A stretch of 64,000 nt of DNA from the NCBI GenBank assembly GCA_013265495.1, contig MU058206.1, positions 312,001 through 376,000 of the forward strand. The letters run 5' to 3'. The notes below the pieces were generated by a model. That model was not told where the DNA came from. It made no database searches and was given only the letters and a program-made list of their open reading frames with translations. Shown one piece after another: positions 13,110 to 22,620 of the stretch (position 1 is its first letter; each line of letters starts with the position of its first letter). Position numbers and translations under genes: made by a program. This stretch comes from Vicugna vicugna (lineage: Eukaryota).

Positions 13110-13490
13110 ACTAAAAAAATTGTGTCATTTAAGAAATTACAAAAGTGCTAATGCCTATAATACAGAATTCCTAGAAATAATACGAAGTCTATAGACTACC
13201 ACGTGCTGCGTAAGCTGGCCCCCATCAGGTGACAGTGGTTAACAGTGCTGTCCCACCAGACCTTTCTTTCTAAGCATTCAAAAAAATGTTTTTTTCCAAC
13301 ATAAATGGGACTTTACTAACAAATAGTAATAGAGCAAACAGTGCCTTGATTTCTTCTTCCATGGTTCCTATCTGCATACACAGAGCCATCTCCTGTCTAA
13401 GACTGCAGAGCACCCACTGTGTGGACAAAATCTAACTTGGTTAACCTCTCTTACCAGGGGGCATCTGGGCTGTCTCATCTCAGGTACTGC
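13110..13490 (-). mobile_element. Old LINE-1 3' UTR fragment (L1M-type)
   Basis: AT-rich block with decayed L1 3' UTR-like phrases (aaatgggactttact, gactgcagagcacccactgtgtgg, ggcatctgggctg). Recognition only. Confidence 0.5.
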
Positions 13491-15142
13491 TGAGCAAGGA
13501 TGCCTGTCCGAGTACCTTCGTGTTGGTGGGAACATGCTTCTGTAGAACAGCTGCTCCAGTGGGCATGCGCATCAGGCCTTCTGAGAGGTGCTGCCAGAGC
13601 AGGGTGAGCTGCACTTGCGTCACCATCACTAGAGGAAGACATCCTCTCCCCTTCCTGGTAATCTGATCTGATCCTGGGGGCAGGGTCTGCCTGTTCAGGA
13701 AGGCCTTCCTCAAGTCTGACCCAAATCCCGGTGGGTGGACTGAGCTGGTCCCTCCTCTCCTCCCCTGGGAAAGGTCTTCCTCGTCAGGGTGGCCCTCAGC
13801 CGGCTGGGTGGTCTGGGAAGGCCCCGGTCTCCCTATACAGTGGTGTGTGTGTGCACTGTTGGGTAGGGGAGACTTCCTCTCCTCTCCTTGTTGGAAGCTT
13901 GTTGCAAAAAAGACGAGAAAGACCAAGGAAGGTCTGGATAATCAGCACTGGCATGTTTACTGAGAGCTGGGGCGGTGGTCTCAGGAGGTACCTTCCAGCC
14001 TCCCAGGTCTTAATGTCTAGTCCTTTCAAGGCTAGACATTTCAAAGCACTTCCCAGATACATACAAAGGCTTTTCTTGGGAGGCAAGTGGAGACCGTGGT
14101 TTCCACAGTTGTGAGGTGGGCAGGGAGGGGTAGCCGACTCCGCCCCTCTGGTCCAGCTGGAAGACTGTGGGGTCCTCCTGTATATGTTTATCTGTCTCCA
14201 CACTCACCTGGCAACTCAGAATACCTGCGTCCTTGGAACTAAGAGGGTCAGAGGAGTCAGCATTAACTGTATGTGTGTTAACCTGATCCGCAGGGCTATG
14301 GGTTCTCAGCCCCAAACCAGCCAAGAGATCTAATCAAAGGCAGAACATTCGGGGCAACACCCAACTCCTTCGGGAGACTATTGCTGATTTTACTCTCAGT
14401 CTCTGCACTGAACACTCATTCATACAGCAGACTCTTACTGCACAGCCAGGTACTGAGATCCAGTCTGATATATGCATTGTGTGTGTGTGTCCAGGAGACC
14501 AAGCCCACACACAATTTAAGTGCTTTGATTGGAGAAGCTGCAACAGGAGAAATTGATGATTAGAAACTCACTCACTGATGTACTATTACCTCAATTACCC
14601 ATAATTGATGTCGTTCCTGGTGCTCTAACAAGCCAGGGGGAAGTCCCAGGTGCACAGGACAAAGCCCCGGGTGCTGTTCACTGGGAGCCAGAAGGCTGGA
14701 TTCAAAACTGCAGACTGACTGCAAAGCCCTCGCTCCCGGCATTATTGTACTGCAGGCAACTGCGCCGGTCGTTGGAGAGGGTCAGGTCAAGGACCCTTGG
14801 TACATGTGTGGTACATGAGTGAGTGATTGATCGAATGCCTGAACACCCTGGATTGCAAGGGTCTATGTCACATGCGACTTTTCCTGGAGGCTGTGAGCAT
14901 CTCTTGACAGCACAGAGTATGTCTGATCCATGTTTGAGTCCCAGTCCAGAACAGAGGATGGGCCCTGTGAATAAATGAGTGAGGGAATGAATGGACGAAG
15001 CCATCAATGAAGTCCACCTGCGTAACACTTCCTCAGGAGCATCACAGCAGGAAATCAGACCGTAGGGCTAGAGGTCCCTTCCCGTCCAGGAAACCCAGCA
15101 CCTTCAGGAAATTTCACTCTTGCCTGGTCTTGGTGGTGCTGT

Positions 15143-15717
15143 TGAGGCGGGAAGCCCCATAAAAAAGACTGGCAGGACCCCTAAGCAGGGCCACTAATCT
15201 CGTGCCGGCACCATCTGGTTCCCTGGCCAGGAAATCGGTCTCACTTTTTTGCCTCTGAAACGGCTTACTTACCCTTAAATTCTATTGGTTCCCTGAGCTC
15301 ACTTCTGATTGGTTATTTCCTTCACTCCTGATTGGTCCACTTTGCTAACTTCTGATTGGTCCATTTGTAGTACTTCATTTGCATGCGCTCACTCCTGATT
15401 GGTTATTTCTCTCACTCCTGATTGGTTATTTCTCTCACTCCTGATTGGTCTATTTCTACAAAGCTTGTTCCTGGTTGGCCAACTTCTGTTATACTTTATT
15501 TGCATATGCTGTTCCAAGGTGTAAAACTGGCAGCCTATAAAGGCCTATGTAACCCCACAGAGAAGGTCCAGAGCTTGGAGTGTTAATTCCTCTGGGACTG
15601 ATGGCGTCATAAACCTGAGTTCTTCAACTCTTGGAGTGCTGCTTGGTCTCTCTCCCGGAGCCAGGTTGTTGTCACAACTGAGCTGAAACACCGAGCTGTA
15701 ACACATTTTTTGCAACT
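15143..15717 (+). mobile_element. ERV solo LTR (ERV1-like), copy 2
   Basis: Starts TG, ends tgcaact (terminal CA mutated), 575 bp; perfect 4-bp TSD ctgt (15139-15142 / 15718-15721); six CTGATTGG boxes, ATTTGCAT at 15377 and 15498, TATAAA 15536-15541; poly(A) hexamer is CATAAA (15608-15613). Confidence 0.9.
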
Positions 15718-16144
15718 CTGTGAGGAGGCAGAGAGAAGCCCGGCTTGACCTCAGAGCCACGGAGGGAAGGCCGGGCAGGGGTGCCTCTGGGTTGCCAGGT
15801 GAACCTTAAGAGGTCATCGTGTCCATACTCCAGCCTCAACACCAGCCCTCACTCGTCCTTTGCTCCTCAGGCAGGTGAACAGGACCCTTTCTGAAATGAC
15901 CAGCGTAGAGCACAGTGCTCGGCCCTTAATTGGCTCACAATAAAAATTATTAAGTGAATGTCAAATGAAAGGACACACATTGGGGAAGGGTCTTTTTCAT
16001 TCAGGTCACTTGTCATGGGGAAGTTTCCTCTCCGGTCACACTGTTCTCCCTGGGACTACAGAAGGTTTGAGGGCTACAGCCCATCTGGTCTGAGTCTCCC
16101 AAACCCCACACTCTAGGAACTGCTCATTGGGCTGGTCCTTTGCA

Positions 16145-16330
16145 GAAATTCTTAAACTTCTTAGAATCATTGATGGGCTTGGGACTGGGACCTTGATGGG
16201 GAAAGTAGTATAAAATGCAGGTTCCTGGGTCCAGGGAATTTCAATGGGGAGACTGTGGGAACATTTTCAACAAGTGCTCTGCTGATTCTAAGGCAGATGG
16301 GTGATTTGTGGCCTATGTTTTGAGAAACAA
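16145..16330. mobile_element. MER5-like hAT-Charlie DNA transposon remnant
   Basis: ttcttaaactt...tagaatca ... aaaatgcaggttcctggg ... ttttcaacaagtgctc...tgattctaaggcag ... tttgagaaaca resembles the MER5A consensus. Confidence 0.6.
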
Positions 16331-17059
16331 AATCTCAGTGCTTATCTCCCTGAGCTGGGAAATGACCCTAAAGAGAGGCCAGGTTTTGTTTGTAAGAAAG
16401 AAGTTCTGTGGATCCATGGAAACATCGGAGGCTTAGGCTTGGTCCCTTAGAGCCCATCCCACACTTGCTGGGACTACTCTGCACCAGCACGACAGCAGGC
16501 CCAGGGAAAGAATTGGGGGAGCTCACAGCTCAGAGAGAGAGGGGAGAAGAACCCAGGTAACCAAGTAAGAATGTTCTGAGAAGAAGGCTGGGCTTGGCAT
16601 GTCCCCAGGGGCCAATTTTGGGACTTATTTCGGTCACCAGTTTCCTTCTTTGGGTCTCCACTAAATATCTCTTGCTGCAAAAGATATTCTTACAGAGGTG
16701 CTGGAGATTTTCTTGGGCCTAACATGGCCTAGGGGCCCAGGAAGCAGGAGGATCCTTGAGGACAGTGGGACAGCTGCCCACCCCAACCCCATGGTAAGGA
16801 AGGAGGGGTTGGTGATGGGCAGTCAGCACATCCAGAGGCTATGCTTCCTGGTTCATCCCAGGCTGAAAGCCATTCTCTCTTTTTCTCCTTAGAGAATACT
16901 TCACTCCTCTCTTGGAGCCATCAAATGCAGCCATTGGGGAAGTTCTTGATGTCTGTCTTCAAACTTTTCTGCTTATAATCATCTTCCTGTGAGACTGGGA
17001 GAGGGAAAAGGATCTGATCCTTACAGCATCCTGCTTCTGAAGCCTATTAAAAATGCCCC

Positions 17060-17238
17060 AAAGCGGAAGGTGGGGGAGAGAGAGGGAAGGGTATAGCTCA
17101 GTGGTAGAGCATGTGTGTAGCATATATGAGGTCCTGGTTCATTCCCCAGTACCTCCATTAAAAATAAATAAATAAAATTTAAAAACCTAATTACGTCCCC
17201 TTACCCCCACCAAAAACCCCACAAAAAAAGTCTAAAAA
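17060..17238 (+). mobile_element. tRNA-Ala-derived camelid SINE (Vic-1-like)
   Basis: gggtatagctcagtggtagagc (A box) ... ggttcaattccccagtacctcca (B box), (TAAA)n, aacctaattac motif and A-tail; TSD aaaaatgcccc at 17049-17059 and 17239-17249. Confidence 0.92.
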
Positions 17239-18654
17239 AAAAATGCCCCCACCATTTTCCTCACTGACCAGAGAATCTCCTGGCTCATTTGCCCCAATCC
17301 TACTTCCTCTTCTCATGTGCTTCCTCTGCCTTCTCTCCTCCCGACTCCCCTCCCAGTCCCTTAAGTGTGGAATGTAGGGAACCTACAGTTCCCATGACAC
17401 TCTCTCTTTGACACCCTCTCCTAGAATCCTAGAACTCCAGGCTGGTGTGTATTTGGAGAGGGGTGCAGGAAGACCAGTTTTTCCAGCCCTGAGACCAGCC
17501 TGCCCCTGGGGGTGCATCCAAGCCCAGCAGGATGGCAACTCTGGCCTCTGAGGAATGTGGCAGATCCGGCTCTTGCTGCCTGACAGAGGGAGGTTGGAGG
17601 TAGCTTGAGTCCAGGGCCAGTAGGGTCGAGAGCCATCCCCTCCCACTGCAGCCAGGAATGAGTGCCGGCAGCATCCCTCCCACCACCAGTCCCCTCCTCT
17701 CCTCTGCTCTGGCCTTTCAGATCCCATTCCATTTGGCCGGGCCACCCCTCCTTTCCTCCCTCCTGGTTGGAGTAGGTTCTCAGATTGGCCCTCCTCTGCC
17801 CCGCCACATTACCTTCTCCAACTAGTGCCCCCTCCTCCTTACTGCCCTGACAGCTGTCTCTAGAAGGGCTTCTTGGACTGAGCGGGTCACTACTCCCTCC
17901 AGATTATGGACATCTCAGGTTCAAGGACCCTGGCTATCTCAGTCACTGCCTATGCTCAGGGCCTGGCAGTTGGTGCCCAGTAAATAACACCTACGTGCCT
18001 GCCCATCTGCCGAATTGAATGCATGGAGATAACTACAACTTGCAGAGGTGTGGGCCAGCTGAGAAGCCAGATTCATAGCACCTGATTCTGACATGGCTCA
18101 CTGGTACCCAGCCTGTACCTGCTGGTGCAGGGCCTGGAAAGAGCCATAATGAGGTGCCCTCCCCATTCCTCTGTTTGCTGCTCTCACCTCTCCATCCTCT
18201 TACCTTCCATTGTACTCCCCCAGCATCAGCCCAGCATCCTCCTCTCCTAATCACTTTTGTCCCTTGTCCTATCTCTGGCCCAGGATACACAGCGCCACTT
18301 CCCTCTGCTTATTCCCACTGTCCCTAGGAACTCTCTCCTCCCTGAGGACTTCCTGGAACTTGACTGGCTGAAACTCTTTCTCTTGGCACCCTTTTCTCCC
18401 TCCAAGAGGCTTCACCATATGTAGCCATGAGCCAAGTGCCCGCACTAACCATTCCTGCCTCTGCCTGGGGACTTTTGGTAGATGGATGGGTTGGTCTGAA
18501 TCCTGGGGGTTACTCTGGAGTGAGCTGCAGGTGCAGGGGCAAATGCTGATTCACACAAGGCCAGGACCCACTCAATCTGCAAAGGTCCAGTCTGATCCAT
18601 AGCATATGTGGCTCTCCACTTGTGATCCCCCCACTAGAGTTTACTATTAATACT

Positions 18655-18795
18655 CATAACAATTATGCTTGGCATTTATTGAGCACCTACTCTATGCTAA
18701 GAACTTTACGTGGTATTTCATTTCATCCTTACAACAACCTTATGTGATATATACTATTATCATTCCCATTTTACAGCTCAGCAGACTAAGGCTGT
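18655..18795. mobile_element. MIR SINE fragment
   Basis: catttattgagcacctactctatgc ... tcatttcatccttacaacaacc ... tattatcattcccattttacag. Confidence 0.8.
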
Positions 18796-20049
18796 TAGCT
18801 TTCTACAGGAAAGAAAAAACCTTAGTCTTTTTTTAAGCCCTAGTGTCTAGCATGGTCCTGAGTACCTGGTGCTACGTGCAGGCACATGCAGATGTTCATC
18901 TGACATATAGTATGGTTGTGGGACAGATGGTTCCATGGAGAGAGAGGGTCCTAGGGCCCCTCTCTCAGGTCCAAGGGTTCCATAATCCAAAGGAGCTGGT
19001 GCCAGACTGGGGACTGGCCTACCCTCTGCTCATTTCCTAAGAATTCCAGAAGGGTACAGAGACAGCAGGAAGAACTTTTGGACAAAGCTAGGTGTAGCTA
19101 TCAAGGCTCTGGATCCCATCTGTGACCCTCTGTGGCCAGAGAGCTCTCTGGGTGTGCATGTGGGTGAATGAGTGTGTGAAGGCTCAGGGTGCAGGGGTGG
19201 GAGGACGGATGGGATGACCTGCCAGGCCCTCTGTGCCTCGAATCCTGGATCCTGCATCTCAGGTCTTCCTCCTTAGGCCCTGGGGGAGTCTCTGATGGGT
19301 GGAGTGGCTGTCAGGTCGGTGGTGTCGGTGTCGTGATGTTCTGGGCGGAGGGTGGGGTGCAGTGCAAGCCCTGACCTGGTTGGGCAGGTTGGCCCACCCT
19401 GAGTGGCACCTGTGACCAGGCGCCAACCCCACCCACCGCCCTTTGAAGTCATCCAGCCTGTACTCAAGGCCCAGCCCCTCTTCTGGGTCACCTCCCTGAA
19501 AAGAATTGGGGTCCTCTCAGGAGAAAGCTCCTCCTGCCTGGGGCCAGTTCCAGTGAGGGAGAGGGAAACCGGCAGGCCTGGGCCTGGCTGGAGGAGGTGT
19601 CAGCCTCCTTGGATGGGTCTCTGCCAGGACTGGCAGGGGCCAAGGGAGAAGGGGACAAGTGGGGGGGGAGGGGAGGGGGCTAATGAAGGGAGAAGGCTTA
19701 ATGTGGGGGGAGGGAGTTCTGCCAGCGGTGATGGGGCCTTGCCGAGGAGGCACCCCGACCCACTTAGGAGCCCACCCAGGCTCAACGCATGGAACAGTCT
19801 TCTCTAGCAGGACACTGGGATATTTTAGTCCCCTGCCCGGACCCCACTGCACTACTCTGCAGTGGGTATTTCTGTCTTTTGTAAGGTGTTGGGCAATCAC
19901 AGTTTTAAGACAAGCTCCTTGATACCCCCTGCCCCCAGCACCTTCACCGGATCTGCATCCCGCCTCAGCGCCTAGAGCCAGCAGCCCCAGCCTCTGTCTG
20001 CACAGCCACCGGGTTAGCAGGAAAAGCCACCCCGACTCCAGGCCCGACT

Positions 20050-21010
20050 CGGCACGTGTTGAGCCCTGGCCCTATCCTACTCTGAAACTCAGGTCCCCCT
20101 CCCCAGCGCAGCCCGGCGGCTCTGGGCTGTCTTTCCCGCCGCCCCGCCCTGCTCTGAGCAGACCTCTAATCCGCCAGGAGCCTCCTCGGAAAACCATTAG
20201 GCAGCCGGGCCCCAGCCCTGGGGGCCTCCCACCCGCACCCCCTGCCCCGCCCCCCGCCCCCCGGTCCTCCCGCGTCGGCTCAGGGCTGAGGCCGCCCCAA
20301 CCCTGCAGTCTTGGGCACCAAGCGACCCCTCGGGTTTGGCTGCATCCCGATTTCTACTGCGGGCGGATGTCTCCTTAGACCCGGCCCGAGGCTGGCCCTG
20401 CGCCTCTGGACCTGGACCGCGCCTCGCCCCTCGCCCCTCGCCCCACCCTGAGCTGCCCGGGAGGGCTGGAGGAGGAAGCTCACCCTTAACATCCAGGCTT
20501 TGGGGCCCTGCCATGTCCTCCCTCAGTCCCGCCAGTTTGGGGGTGGCCCGGAACCGTGTGCCGGGCAGGTCGCGGGGCCAGCGAAGGGCTGGGGCCTCCC
20601 CAACCCTGCAGTCTTGGGCACCAAGCGACCCCTCGGGTTTGGCTGCATCCCGATTTCTACTGCGGGCGGATGTCTCCTTAGACCCGGCCCGAGGCTGGCC
20701 CTGCGCCTCTGGACCTGGACCGCGCCTCGCCCCTCGCCCCTCGCCCCACCCTGAGCTGCCCGGGAGGGCTGGAGGAGGAAGCTCACCCTTAACATCCAGG
20801 CTTTGGGGCCCTGCCCTGTCCTCCCTCAGTCCCGCCAGTTTGGGGGTGGCCCGGAACCGTGTGCCGGGCAGGTCGCGGGGCCAGCGGCGGGCGGGGGTGG
20901 GGGGTGGAGTGCCTCCCGGGTTGAGCTTGCCCCGCCCTTGAATCCCTGGATCGCACTGCTCAGGCCGCAGGACCCTGGCCTCCTGCCTCTCTGTCTCCGG
21001 ATGCCCCCAC
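20050..21010. promoter_or_regulatory. CpG island / GC-box-rich region (lengthened by a 303-bp duplication)
   Basis: High CpG density; GC boxes (ccccgcc at ~20142 and ~20245-20260). Confidence 0.7.
20282..20886 (+). repeat. Direct tandem duplication, period 303 bp (20282-20583 / 20585-20886)
   Basis: Copies differ at 20289/20592, 20294/20597 and 20513/20816; single 'a' (20584) at the junction; the duplicated 101-aa peptide is visible in ORF 20197..21144. Confidence 0.96.
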
Positions 21011-22109
21011 TTCCCCACACCCTCTTCCCAGCCCTGAGCCTCTCCTCCTCTGGGAAGTCTGCCCCGAGGGCCACACCTCCTCTCCTGGTAGACCACGCTT
21101 GGGCCACCCGTGATGGAAGGGGCACACAGTCCTGCCAGAGTCACAGAGATCCCGGTTTGGTTCTGGCCTTTGGCAAAGCCACCGGACCTCTCCAGGCTGT
21201 TGGCCCAGCCATAAATAGGGCTATTAACCCCACGTGCTGTTAGAGTGGTAGATGAGCTTGACCCAGTCAGTGTTTGGTGATCTTATGGTGTAGCCACGAA
21301 GGGCAGGGACCTATCTCTCCCTTCAAACTGGTCATGGCCTGTGCCTTCCAGCTTGACACCACGCCAGTCCCACTGCAGGTGGGGGCACCGCAGGTGACCC
21401 CCTTTGCCTCACAGGTCGTACCGGACACTGGGAGCAGGTGTTTTTCCTTTTGTCCTCACTGGCCAAGGCCAGGAAAGGCCACCTCCGGGGCTAGGGGTTG
21501 GGAATTGAGGGCTTCTCAGCCTCGAGGGTAGAGAGGGGGCATGGCATGGTTCTCCCCAGAGCTCTAGGTTGACAAGACTCCAGATTAGGGGCGGGACTCC
21601 CAGTGAGAGGACCGAGACCCCTCAGGGACGCCTCTTTCATGTCCCTCTCTTTATTCAGGGCTCCTGTGAGGAAGAGAAATGGTCCTGCTGGTTATGGTCA
21701 TCGCCGTCTCAGCTCTGTGGCCACTTACAGCATTGGGGGAGGGGTCCCTCCAGGCCCAGGTGGCTATAGAGGTGACATCTCACTGATTTCTTCCAGATCA
21801 CTTACCCAGAGGTTGGATGACGGGTGCTTAAAAAAAACCGAAGAATTAGCAATTGCTGAGGGGGCTGAATTTGGGAAGCAAATGGGGTAAAGCATCTTCT
21901 AATCAAGATGGATGACAGAAATGGCAACAGAAATGTTTACTGCATGAAATAAGATACGTAATTTTGTTTTTCTCCTCATGAAATTCCAGTCTTTTTCAAT
22001 CAGGCCATTGGTGTGTGTTTAATAATAACAGTTTCCATTTATTGTCGCTTGCCCTGTGCCAGGGACTGGGCAGCACTTTACAGGCCCTTGTCTTGTTTAG
22101 TTCCCCACC

Positions 22110-22620
22110 GTCTCTATTCATTTATTCAAGATTCGGTCAAGGAAACATTTACTGAGCATCTACTATGTGCCAGGCATTATTCTGGATACTGGGGCTGAGA
22201 TGCAATGAATTTAAAAAAAAAAAAGTTAGACAAAAGTTCCGCCCTCCTGGAGCTTACATTCTAGTGAAGGATAGAGAAAACAAACAAGTGAGAAAATAGA
22301 TATATTATGTCAGGTAAGTGCTCTGAAGAAATCTGGAGCAGCATAAAGGCACAGAGAGTGATGGGATGGGCTTCCCGGAGGTGGTGCTATTTGAGCAGAG
22401 ATGTGCAGGAGACGGGGGAAGGGGGGTGGAGGGACAGCCATTTGAATATTGGGAGCTCAGCAGTGGAGGCAAGGGGAACAGCAAGTTTAATGGCCCCGAG
22501 GTGGGTGTTTGCTTGGCTTTGGCACCTGGTACACCAGGCAGCAAGAAGGCCAGTGTGCGGGAGAAGAGAGGGCAGGAAGCAGGATGGGGTGAGGGGTGCA
22601 GTCAGAGAGAAGTCTTTAGG
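22110..22620 (-). mobile_element. LINE-2 3' fragment
   Basis: attcatttattcaa ... aacatttactgagcatctactatgtgccaggcatt ... gccctcctggagcttacattctag ... ggcttcccggaggtgg ... agcaagaaggccagtgtg: typical L2 3' end, antisense. Confidence 0.8.

Noticed and set aside
7558..15717. Full-length provirus bounded by two LTRs
   Set aside because: Separate TSDs, no PBS/PPT, no gag/pol/env ORF, the interval contains host repeats, and the MIR split by LTR 1 resumes immediately after it.
17085..17158. tRNA-Ala gene (also at ~12760, ~37745, ~57585 and ~60655)
   Set aside because: Degenerate stems, SINE-specific tails and TSDs show these are tRNA-derived SINE copies.
20197..21144. 315-aa ORF with an internal repeat
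   Set aside because: Explained by stop-poor GC-rich sequence plus the 303-bp duplication; no recognisable domain.
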